From Oikopleura dioica (lineage: Eukaryota > Animalia > Chordata): a DNA stretch of 64,000 nucleotides. Location: assembly GCA_907165135.1 (NCBI GenBank), contig OU015570.1, positions 2,191,929-2,255,928 of the forward strand, written 5' to 3'. The notes beneath the pieces are model-generated. The model was not told where the DNA came from and did not search any database. It was given only the letters and a program-made list of their open reading frames with translations. Made by a program: the position numbers and the translations under genes. This document shows positions 1 to 11,335 of this stretch, piece by piece; positions within the stretch are counted from its first letter, which is position 1; every line of letters begins with the position of its first letter.

Positions 1-254
1 AATTGGATGATGATACCCTTATTTTTTATACAGAAGAGAACCTTGAGGTGTGCACTGACTTGGAAGCGCTTCTGATAGGTACATTTTTGAATGATATATG
101 ATAAAAGCAGTATAATTACCTTTTCAAACTGAATGTTGTTGCATTGCTTCATCAAATGTCCGCAGTAGTCCATTGTTCCAATTTGAACGCATTTCTTCTT
201 CGGCAGTCTGTAATTGATAATTAGCTGAATTATAATTTGTCCATGATTAAATAA

Positions 255-1013
255 GTTTGTCTAGATGGATCTTTATGGAGTCTTTGGAAGGGCAAATTTG
301 AGCAATGCCTCTTCCTTCAAGGACGTCTCAAGAACAAGTTTGGTGTCACTCTCAATACATTGCTCTTTGCCTGTTTACATACTGGAAAGAAGATGGAGGA
401 TTATCAAGAGTTATTTAAAAAATTAAAGGTTATTTTTAAGGATGTCACGGGTCAAGAATTAAGCGCATCTCGCTTAGTTACTGATCAAGAATGTGGGCTT
501 AAAGGAGCAGCTGAGAACGTGTTTTTCAATGAAAAATTTGGCAAGTTTTGCTATTTTCATTATGTTCAAAACAGAAAGAAGGATTTTGCGAAATTCAAAA
601 AGGAACTTTAATCCTCAGGTTTACTTTTGCGGTATTTCTTCGTTATTCACCTTCTTCCCCTTCTTCCTGATACCATATCAGTAAATTTTATTGAATGGTT
701 GAGAAATGACCTAGCTAAATCCAAGGATTGTGTATTCTTTGAATATACAAAAATTGATAAAGACCACATGAAATTGATCGACGCAGAAAATCTAACCATG
801 AAACTTGTACTCGATAAAAAACTCGAAACACTCGAGAACCGGTTCAGATCTCATGCAGGATCTCTTTCTTGGTATCAAGAACTCGTTGATGCCAAAAGAC
901 TCTTTGTGGATCGCACATCCAATACAGTAGTTTGGAGCGATCTAATCGTGAATTTAGAGATCTATTCCGAAAGAGCTCCAACAAAAGAGTGGTTGATAGG
1001 ATTCAGCTTATAA
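255..1013 (+). pseudogene. MULE (Mutator-like) DDE transposase remnant
   Basis: The frame of ORF 360..611 extends upstream to VCLDGSLWSLWKGKFEQC and continues to LVTDQECGLKGAAENVF and CYFHYVQN. This is the D...TD.E.AL...CxFH pattern of MULE transposases. It continues with a frameshift in 627..1013 (HLLPLLP). Confidence 0.7.
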
Positions 1014-1357
1014 AGGTTATGATGTTCGAGAAAAACTTGGCGTTTCTTATTGATTTGATCGCAGAGAAAAGGCTCGTCCTCAATCTCGATCTACGGAATT
1101 ATCCGCGAAATCAACTCAGAGGCTCCTTAAATTGGTCCATGATCAGGCTCAATCATCCTTTGACTATCCCGAAATTTTTGAAATTCTCGGTAATGCCTTC
1201 CAGAAATCTGACCTTTAAAATCTTTCTACCTTTTCTATTTTTCTACTTTTAACATTTATTTTATATTTTATGAAGCATAAAAAAACAAAAAAAACAATAA
1301 AGATCATTTATCTGAACTGTAGTTAACATCTTTGTCCAGCATCAGCAAATCGCAAAG

Positions 1358-1530
1358 ACCAGAATTCGAATCAAGAGCTGAATTCTGGCCCCTGGTGCCA
1401 GACTTGAGAAAATAAGGCGAATTCTGGTTCGGGGGACCAGAATTAAACTCTTGAACGAATTCTGGTTCGGGGGACCAGAATTCAGATTTTGGTCGAATTC
1501 TGGCTCGGGGACCAGACTAATTGCAACCCT
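1358..1530. repeat. Cluster of short palindromic repeats, probably the subterminal region of a DNA transposon end
   Basis: Three to four copies of gaattctggttcgggggaccagaatt-like units, ending at ...gcaaccct. Confidence 0.4.
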
Positions 1531-1749
1531 CCTGCAAGGCTACTCTCGAACGTCTTACCAGGTGGGAAGGCTTTTCTAATCAGCTTCTAATCACTTTTGT
1601 GCTTTTTTCCTCGTCAAAAAACACCCAAAAAAGGTGTCAAAGAGACTCATTTCGAAAAATCGGCTAGTGCAGTTTTTCATAGCTTGTCTTGATGCATATT
1701 TCCAGCAAGTTTGGTTAGATTCGGCCAGAGAACCTGGAAAATAGAAAAA

Positions 1750-3625
1750 GGTGCGGGAAGCCTAATTATAATCTATTTTGATGATTCGATTTGCATTGAT
1801 TCTTCCTTTGAAGACCACCTTAAGACACTTGAGTTTATTTTCAAAACTTGCTACGATTATGGTCTTCTCCTGTCTGCAAAGAAATGCAATCTATGTATGA
1901 GCGAAACCGACTCTTAAGGCCATAAAATTTCAGCCAGCGCCTACCCATAAATACCAAGAGGTTATTAAAAAGCTTGAGCCGCCAAGAAACAGAAATGAGC
2001 TAAAAAGATATCTTGCTATCCTAGCACCTCTATAATACCTAACAAGTCACAAAGTTGACTACTTTTGGACAGATGAACATCAAAAAGCGTTTCCAAAGAT
2101 GAACGAAGAATTGCTTAAGGAGCCAACCTTACCGCATTTCCAATAAGGATCAAAACTCTTACTAACGACTGACAGTTCAGAGAAAACTGTCGGCGCAACA
2201 TTGTATCAATATCAAAAGGAAGACTTTAAAATCATTGGTTATTTTTCGAAGGCTCTTCAAGGACCCCACCTCAAAAGACCAATGAGAATTAAAGAACTTT
2301 TCGCTTTAACATGGGCAATCAAGCACTTTGAATTCTACCTTATCGGTGCAGAGTTCGATGCATATGTTGACCACAAGTCATTGATCTACATTGATCTATT
2401 GATTGTATTTGTTAAGAGAACAACACCAGTCAAGACTTGATATTAAATTGACAAATGTCCATAATTATTTGATGCAATTTGACTTTAAAATCTTCCATAA
2501 GCCTGGAAACGACCCAATTATGACGTCGGCAGATTTTTTCTCCCGACTTCCTTACACCTTAAGGGACCTGGGCGAGCAGCGCTGAGCCAAACTTCACGCG
2601 CTCGCCGTTCTTTTTAGAAATAAGATTTTTGAAATTTCTTTTTGTAAATTATATCTTCTTATCTTAAGCTTTCTGTTCCCATTCTTAGTTTTTCTCTATC
2701 ATTCTTGGTTGATGAGCTAGCGAGAAAAGGAAAAGCCCAACTTCAAAAGGCATCAAGTCTTGCAAACTTTATTTTTTCTTCATGAAACTAGAACCATTGA
2801 AAAGCGCGTTAAATTCTGAACAGATCCCACTCCATCAGCTTGACTAACTCTGTACTTGCTGGAGATAGAGCCCAGATAAACAAGATAACTTAGCGCCCGC
2901 CCAGCGGGAATCATGTCCAGGGAGCCCAAAATAGCTAAATCGGAGCGTCCAGCCGTGCCGCGACTAGCTGCGCGCGCTAAGTAACTTTGTTTATATGGCC
3001 TTACACGCCAACAAGTTCGAATTTAGCTCAGCTGATGGAATAAGATTTGTTAAGAATCAAACGGGCTTTTCAATGGTTCTAATTTTATCAAGAAAATATT
3101 AAGTGTGCAGGACTTGATGCCTTTTGAAATTGCGCGTCTCTTTTTCTCCCTAGCTCAACAACCGTTAGTGCTAGAGAAATTCTGAAAATCGGAAGAGAAA
3201 GCTTAAGATTCGCAGATATGATTTGCAAATATAAATTCCAAAAAATCATACTTCTAAGAGAAGCTATGCGCCCGTGAAGTTTGGCTCCGCGCTGCTCGCC
3301 CAGGTCCCTTAAGCAGCTCCCTCGATGAAGAAGCTTCAAAGTTCACAAATATTTCAGAAACTGTATACATGTTTCATACAAAGGATAGTTCAACAAAGCC
3401 TATTTTCTCGTTTGAACATCGTAGTTTTACATCTGCTGAACTCTCTGTTCTCCAAAACGCTTGCAATATCTGCAAAAACCTTATCGAAAAGACAAAATTG
3501 CAGAAAACTTCGAAATTCCATATAGTGGATGATGTTCTTTATGTTGATTCAAGACTCGTTCTGCCATCAAATCTTGCTGACAAATTTATCAATTATCTAC
3601 ACATTATCACTGGTGAGCAGGGTCG
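1750..3625 (+). pseudogene. Ty3/gypsy (Tor-like) pol remnant: RT, RNase H and start of integrase
   Basis: RT IIIYFDD...LLLSAKKC, RNase H TTDSS...YFSKAL...KELFA...VDHKSL, then SADFFSRLP and integrase-proximal VDDVLYVDSRLVLP. Frameshifted and interrupted by the MITE at 2563..3308. Homologous to 27348..33500. Confidence 0.85.
2563..3308. mobile_element. Non-autonomous TIR element with TTAA TSD and GGG termini (Kolobok-type)
   Basis: TTAA(2559-2562)-GGGACCTGGGCGAGCAGCG...CGCTGCTCGCCCAGGTCCC-TTAA(3309-3312). Removing it restores the pol frame (SRLPYTLSSSLDEE...MFHTKD). Confidence 0.9.
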
Positions 3626-4004
3626 AAACAACTCCCCTAACCCTGCTAGGACTCATGGGTATTCCGGTCTCTCTGGCTGGAAATTGAGCAACTCGATTGG
3701 CCATCGTCAATCACCCCGCAGGCCTTTTAACAAATTACTGAATTATTACTTTTTGGACGCTTAAATGAATCGACCGCATGATTTTTGTGAAAAAATAACG
3801 ATATTTATTAATTAAATGTGAAGAGACCATCCCATCAAAGAATGGGCAAATTATCGAGATTTGTTAACACAGCTCTGAGTTTGAAACTCCATTCGTAGTC
3901 TGTCTCAGAGTCATCCAACATAGATTCGTATTGCATCCAAAACAATCAAAAGCCAAAGTTGTTGCCATCGACACTTTCGGTTCACCTTCAGATCACTTTT
4001 ATAG

Positions 4005-4905
4005 GTAACCGGTGAAAATAATTCGTTGGAACGAATAATTCGTTTTCCTAACGAATAATTCGTTACATACCGAATAATTCGTTGTTTCCTAACCCTGACC
4101 CTAACCCTAACCCATGAACCCAACCCTAAACCTAACCTAGCATTACAACTACCTAACTGCTTAAATCAGGGTATGTTACATACAGTTCCCTTCCTCTTTT
4201 GTGGACATTTTTTGTCCCAAAATTTTCGAAAAATGTCCACAAACTTGGGCAACGTCTTCCGAAAAAATGTCCCATCGAAATCGATTAAAATTTTTTTTCG
4301 AGATTTGAGTACGCCGAATGGTTTTCTAGACTTTGCATTTATGCTCCTGAAAGACTGACAAAGGCCCCTTTGTCTCTAGTTCAACCTTTAATTTTGTTTT
4401 TTTTTCGTAAACAATGAACAACTCGATCTTGATTAGCCGGAATTAATCTCACCACAAAAAAAAATTGTCTTTTTTATTTCTTTCCGCGAAAAAATGTCCA
4501 CAAACTTGGAACATCATCTTTTATAAAGTGTCCCACTTAAAGGCCTAAAAATGGAAAAAATGTCCACAAACTTGGGGTCCACAAAAGAGGAAAAAAACTG
4601 TACCGTATGTATGCGCTCCGCGCCTGATTTCAGAGATAAGCTCCTTTTTTAGTATACTAAAAGCATATGCTGTCTTTCTTTCAGCCACGCCTTTAGTCAG
4701 TTTTTTTTTTATGAAAAATAGAGTTGTGAACCAAGCGGGAGGATAGCCTTTCAAAACGAATAATTCGGTATTACCGAATTTCGGTAACCCTAACGAATTA
4801 TTCGTTTTAAACGAATTATTTTTACGGAAAATAGCTGTTTTCCCTTGAAAATAATTCGTTAGGGCAACGAATAATTCGTTGCAACGAATTATTGTCACCG
4901 GCGAC
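4005..4905. mobile_element. MITE with aataattcgtt subterminal repeats and a (CCCTAA)n-like tract, hosting a nested MITE
   Basis: Imperfect TIRs gtaaccggtgaaaataattcgttg / caacgaattattgtcaccggcgac, with many aacgaataattcg copies at both ends. Confidence 0.7.
4183..4600. mobile_element. TA-flanked Tc1/mariner-type MITE (tgtccacaaa motif family, diverged member)
   Basis: TA-CAGTTCCCTTCCTCTTTTGTGGAC...GTCCACAAAAGAGGAAAAAAACTG-TA. Shares the internal tgtccacaaa motifs of the 7006, 26087 and 46180 copies. Confidence 0.75.
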
Positions 4906-5313
4906 GCTTCCATAAGGTCTGATCAACCGCAAGACCTCTCAAAAGCGTTACAGAGCAAGTGCTCACTTAATACAGCGCCACCTAGCAAGGGCTCTCGCGC
5001 CCCACCTGGTGGCAGGTCTCTAGCGTCACCTAGTGGACACTCAGGTAAAGCTAGGCCACGGACGTTAAAAAGACGATTTTCACCATCGGGTCATCGCACG
5101 GGAACAGGAGTGGGCTCATTCGAAGGTCTTGATAGGGGCTATTTATTTGACCGATAAAAATACTGGGCCCTCCCTTTCTGTTATGAGTTATTTTGAAAAT
5201 ATTTTTCGAAGCTTACATTCAAAATCAAATATCTCGAAAAAGGAGGACAGGGCCCAGTTTTTTATAAGCTCAACAGAAAGCCCTTTTTAAGAGCTTACGA
5301 ATGAGCCTACTCT

Positions 5314-5900
5314 TGTTACCGTACGACGACCGGCTGGTGGTGATGATTTTTTACGTCCGAGGCCAAGGTATAGCTCTCTACTGCCCTCTAGTGGCCCCAC
5401 AACAGCGCCATCTATGGTGAGCACTAAACCTTGCATTCCAACGCATTGAGTCACTAATGGTTACCTTGATGTGTGGGAGACAACTTCACAGATGACTCTC
5501 GTGCGGGAGACAACCCTGGATATGAGTCATCATTACATCACCTGGCAGAAGCCGCTAGAAGATTCCATCCAGCATGAGTCACATTGACTCACCAATTACA
5601 GCACCTTGGAGAATCAACACGATTGTTCTTCTACTGTCTTAGAAGCAACCTGAATATTCTATAACTGTTCTAAGAAGCTTCTCGAACATTCTTATTTTCC
5701 TTTTTCACTGTATAAAAAGGCGACTTCTGTCACAATAAAATCATTCTAACCAGAACCAACGAAACAACAAAAACTTCTCTTTTTATCCAGCAACAACATC
5801 AAGCAACAACCAGCAACTAGCAGCAACCAACCAGCAACTATCAGCAACCAACCAGCATTTACCGCCAACCAACCGGAAAATAGCAATACCTCTACAAATC
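5314..5900 (+). repeat. Possible LTR-like or promoter-bearing fragment, right end truncated
   Basis: Starts TGTTA, with tataaaaa near 5711 and aataaa near 5733 followed by C/A-rich repeats. I found no partner LTR or PBS. Confidence 0.25.
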
Positions 5901-7005
5901 TTTTCGCCGCGGCCACCCTACGTTCCCAAATAAGGAAGGTGACGCATCGCACGCTGAAAGAGCATCGCGCCACTCATTTTTGCATTTTTTAAGCCTTTTT
6001 TCAGGGGATTACAGACAAAAAACGCCCCATTACAAAAAATTTTATCTTGAATCTAGCTTAAATTAGGCCGAGAATTACGGGAGTGGGATTAAAATTTTTC
6101 TATAACTTGTTCTTCGTAGTTTTCTATACATTTAAGGCTTGTAACTCGTCAATCCTTATTTTTTGCAAGGGTAAAATTATGCTCAAAATATTCATTTTCT
6201 AAAGATCTAAAAGTTTTATGTTGATGAAATCATCCAAAAATCAATATTTTAAGAGTTATATTTTTTGTGGAATAACCTTATATATTGATGAAAGAATAAG
6301 ATTTTAGCCTTGAAAAGGGCTTGGTTCTCTAGACTCGCAAATTGCGAATCCAGAAAAAATATGCGTCGCGACGTGACCAGCGCCAAGAAAAATCGCTGGC
6401 AAAGGGTGCAGCAAAGCCTCAATCATAAAGGGTGCATTACTTGCGCAATCCACTGAACTGCGTTTGTTTTGCTTCTCTCAAAATATCTTATATTTTCTGT
6501 TTAAATAAATCAACAATGTCAAGCGGTTAAATATATTTTATATTCCATTCGTAAGGCTGAAATAGATTCAATGTGCTATGGTGTCAATGTGTCAGTTATT
6601 TAATCCTTAAAGGGTATTGCCTCCAAATCGCCAGGAGGCATCTCCAAGGAGATTAAGGCTTAAATGAGGAAAGTTTCAACATTAAAGAGTTTACTATCAC
6701 TGGTTGCTTTACATTAAGTTGATCGACGTCGAGAAAAATAAAAAGAGAAATCTCGAATTTTTTCTTTCAAACTTCAGCGTAAAGACTATACCTAGGCTTT
6801 GCATTAGAAAAATCGTAATTTTTTCTAGCTTTGCAGGGGTGTTTTTTTCAGTGGAGGTGAAAGAGCAGTGTCTATTTAGTCAAAAACCACTTTTAAAAGA
6901 AAAATAAAATTGGGGAAAGACGATTTTCGGGGGATCAAAATCGGGATGTAGGGCGCGTAGGGTCTGCAAAATGTAGACCGCGGGTCTGCACATGAAAAAA
7001 ATGTA

Positions 7006-7414
7006 CAGTTATTTATGGAATTTGTGGACATTTTTTGTCCCCTAGTTTTCTGAAAAATGTCCACAAATTTGATAATGAGCCTCGAAAAAAATGTCCCAAC
7101 GAACTTGTTTAAATTTTTTCCTAGAAAGAAAATTTGATGATTTTTCTCAAAAAATAATGAGAAAAAGAATACAAGATTGAATCTAAAGACGTAAATCTAA
7201 ACAAAAATTAAGATTTTTGACGAAAAACAGTTCTTTGCAGGTAAAATTGGCTTCAATTACGAAAGTAAGACCATAAATTTAGAAGTAAAAGATATCAATT
7301 GAGAAAAAATGTCCACAAAGTTGATACCCTCTTTTTTGAATATGTCCCAAGAAAACCCCTTATAATCTGAAAAATGTCCACAAATTTGATGTCCACAAAT
7401 TCCATAAAAAACTG
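7006..7414 (+). mobile_element. About 409-bp TA-flanked Tc1/mariner-type MITE
   Basis: TA-CAGTTATTTATGGAATTTGTGGAC...GTCCACAAATTCCATAAAAAACTG-TA. Near-identical to 26087..26496 (inverted) and 46180..46587. Confidence 0.9.
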
Positions 7415-8303
7415 TATTTTCATTGAACAGGCGCTTTGATGCGCTGCGCGCCTCATCTTAGAGTAAGCTTCATCTTTGAACATTTCTAAATAAAAACGGG
7501 CCAAAAAAGCCAAAATTTTGCTCGTCAGTGCAGACCCAGGGTCTGTTTTTGCAAACTCCGGGTAGGGCAGCCCTACGCGCCCGACAAGAGCGTTTTTGCG
7601 TATATTGTTAAAATGTTGTTCTCTGCAAGAATTCCATCTTAAGAGCGTTTTTAAGATTTTTATTTATAATTAAAAAATTTTCAGACTCACAGTGAATCAT
7701 CAATTCAAAAATTTTGTAATCTTCGACTGCTTTTCTGGCCATTTCAAAGTCAAAGGTTTTGCAGTGTCGGTGCTCTCTATTACTTGAACTTGAGGCTCTT
7801 CTTCAATCTCCCTCGGGGTCGCGGCTTGTATTTCATCAATTGGAAGCGCGAGGAAATGCTCGACCAGATTTTCCTCCATCATTCTTCTTTCGATAAAGCT
7901 CCATCACAGCCTTTCTACAATCGTTTTGGCGCCTTCAGAAGTATCTGCGCATATTTTTTTTTCTTTGCCAAGGAAATGTGAATTCTTTTCTCTTTTCCTG
8001 CCGTCTTTGCGGTAGAATTAAATTTTGAGGAATGAATGAACTAAGAATCATGAAATGCGCTCAAGCCCAATTCTGGAAAAATGATCTGATCTCGAAATAC
8101 AATTTTTCCAAAGAAAAAATGGAAAATCCCACTGACATCCTACCTTCATTGAAAATTTCCCAACTTAACAGCGATTTAAGCGAGGCCCGGAAGACCGTTA
8201 TACTGGAAGACAGGTTGCTGGAAGACAAATATTAAAAAATTAAATAGAAATGAAAAATGAAGCCTTGATTAAGATGTAACTGTCATATTTGGCCATTTAT
8301 TGC

Positions 8304-8581
8304 GGGGGCGCTTGGTTTCATTACCAAAAATTTTTGGTATTTGAATACCAAAATTGGTATTTGAATACCAATTTTTTCTACTTGAATTAATTTTTTTCCT
8401 TGAAAAACAGGTAAATCATATCTAGAGCTTTCTATAAAGTAGGCGCGGAGCGCACACTCGCATTTTTTGGTGGGCGTTATTGGTATTCTTTGGCGAATTT
8501 GGTATTTCAATACCAAAATTGGTATTTGAATACCAAAAATTGGTATTTGAATACCAATTGGTAATGAAACCGAGCGTCTCC
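8304..8581. mobile_element. MITE with 10-bp TSD (Mutator-type)
   Basis: CATTTATTGC at 8294-8303 and 8582-8591 flanks TIRs ...cgcttggtttcattaccaa / ttggtaatgaaaccgagcg.... Internal ttggtatttgaatacca repeats. Confidence 0.8.
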
Positions 8582-10616
8582 CATTTATTGCCGGAGAACC
8601 TCCCTGAGGACCCTTCTGCTGGAAAATAGGTTGCTGGAAGACAAAAATTTAAAAATTGAATTCAAATGAAAAATGAAGCCTTGATTAGAAACTTACTGCC
8701 ATATTTTGCCATTTATTGCCGAAGGACCTCCCGGAAGACTCCATTTCTGGAAGACTAATTGCTTGAAAATCAAAATAAAGAAAACATCAATAATGAGCCT
8801 TAATTGACCACATGTTCCCATGGACCCCTCGGGTGGAAGACCATAAGCTCCAAGACCAAAAGATTTGGTCATCCGGGATGTAAAAATAGATTTGACTAAA
8901 ATAAGCCTGTATAAAATAAAATAAATAAAGGAGAAATTTTATAACGACTGAGGTTAAACGAAAAATATAAATTTAAGGCATATTATCTCATTGAAAAGCG
9001 AAAAAGGCAACTTTTTGTCAAATTTAATTCCATTCAGTCTGAATCGGGGCCAAGCCAACCCAAAAGGGCGCCAACCCACGTTTATTCAATTCAAGCCGAC
9101 CCGAAGGGGAGGCCAGCCCATTTATTCAATTCAATCTAGTGCAGGGCCAAGCCGACCCGAAGGGTCTTCTGAGCTTCCCTTCTCTTCGGCTCGGCGTTTC
9201 ATACTCAATTGAAAAACGGGGCTTGTCTCTTCTTCAGGTCGGCTCGGTCATGGTCCAGACTGTATTCAACAAATGGTTCTGGCCTCCCCTAGCTTGACCT
9301 CTAGCTTGACCTTGCGTAAGACTAGATTGAATTAAGGGCAATTGTTGAAATCGGCGCTATGCTCCCCTCTCGATTCGCGCACTCCGTGACTTTTTAATTG
9401 ATGCTTTCAAATCACCCCTTGGCGTTTTTGTCCCAGCCAAAATGTCCTCACCGCTTTCTCACTTTTGACCAAAGCAATGGCGGAACTAAATAAAAATATT
9501 TTTGGTGCTGTTTTATCTAACATGAAGTTTAAAATATAAATTAGCCCCTGGTCCCTCCTGGAGGGGTTGGGGACTGAACCGGCCTATGTCAAGCCCCTTA
9601 ATTTAAATTTGCCAGGGATGGGGCTGAGAATTGAAAAGTTTTTTAATGAATAATTTAAATTTTTTTAATTTCTAATCGTTTTGATTATTATTTTATTAAA
9701 AATCATAATGAGTTAGGTTTTTTATGTGAATTAATTATTATTATTCAGAATTATCATTTTCTATAAAATCAAGAATAAAGAGTTTAAATTCTATTTAAAA
9801 TAATAAATTATCTTTTTTATTTTTAATTCATTTTTCGACGCTGTATTTTTCTTCTTACGCCGCGCTCACCCTACGACTTCCAAATAAGGAAAGTGAGGCG
9901 CTGCACGCGCGGCGCGCCGCAAAAAGGCTCATTCTTGAGCTTTTTTCTCTAATTTGAGCATGTTCTCCTCGTGTTTCAAACTTTTTTATTGAAGATTAAA
10001 ATAAAAATACCCCTTTTTACATAACTTGAAATTATAAAATTTTTTGAAATCGATGGAGAAGGCTATTTTTCAGCCTGTTTTGGCGATTTACTCCTCAACC
10101 CTTTTTCAAAATTTATGAAAAAATGTTTTTTTATATTTGTTTAGGGCATCCAATTAACCCCTTAAAATTTTAAATCATTTACTTGATGGACAAAAAAGTT
10201 AGAATTTTTGTGTACGGACCCTACCCATTACCCAATTTTTTTAAATTATATTTATCTGCTCGAAAATGTTTAAAAATTATTCTTCTTCCAGCAAGAATTT
10301 GTCTTCCACCAGTGTTAAATGAAGGTCCTCCAGGCGATTCCTGATCGATCAGAAACCCAAGCACTAAATTTTTTTCTTCCAGAATGATCAGAATTTCAAG
10401 GCGCATCGATTGAGAGTTATTTCGTTCTCATAGCTCGGTGCGTTCGGAAAATGGCATTTTCGGTGATTTTAGATGGCGCTAGAAATTAACACCATGATCA
10501 TTGGGAATTTTTCTTTTCGAAAATGTCATTCATGTAATTTGGACATATGTGTTACAAATTTTTAGCCTCCTACGACCATCCAGTAAAAAGTTGATTTTTT
10601 GTAAGTTTACCCTAGT

Positions 10617-10719
10617 TATAAGGTTTCGGTAAACCTTACGTTTCATGTCTCATACGTAGTCATGGGTGAATACACATGAATGCGACGCGGTATTCCTTGT
10701 ACCAGCGGTTTCACAGGTG
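10617..10719 (+). repeat. Dispersed repeat of about 100 bp, second copy at 16699..16800
   Basis: tataaggtttcggtaaaccttacgtttcatgtctcatacg...ggtttca is almost identical at both positions. Confidence 0.8.
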
Positions 10720-11335
10720 AAACCGGTTGATTAATTACTTTCTACACTGCGCCACCTATAAAACCCTTACCCTATAAAACTGGAACTGTTCTCAACTAAA
10801 CACGCACACTTCACTCACAACACCCACAGTGAGATGCACACGCTAGAGTGCAACTCACGCACAAAAAAGGCTCACTTAGAGTTAGAATTGTAGTCTTTCT
10901 GTACGCAGGCAGCGTTGGCCAGTCCCGAAACCTTTTACTGGTGGCTGAGTAAACGCTTGCTGTGAAAAACGCCCCCCGAAGAGATCCAGCCGCCGTTACA
11001 ACCTGCCTCGCCAAGCAAACTGAAGATCGACAACAGAGTTGCCCGAGCACCAACCGATGTTTCATCTTGTCTACAACAGTCTTACTTTCTACATCGGTCA
11101 AAATGGTCTACCATCACCTTCAGCTTGAGCGTTCACGAACGCGAGATTGAGACGAATTCTGACTCCTACGACGCTGATCCTGAGTAACGCGCCCGGGACA
11201 CATTTTCGCCGACACGGCCAATGAAGAATTTTATCTAAGTACCCTTGTGTTTCTTTTTTTTATCGTTGAACTTATCTTGTGCTATTAGGAGGTATAAGAT
11301 CCCGTAACCCGCGAAATTTCTGGCTAAGATTAAAT

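Noticed and set aside
4085-4140. True telomere or chromosome-fusion site
   Set aside because: Short, degenerate and enclosed by MITE TIRs.
10750-11300. LTR or env 3' end with ORFs 10811..11101 and 10962..11150
   Set aside because: Coding-like composition, but no TG...CA pair, PBS, PPT or motif could be placed.
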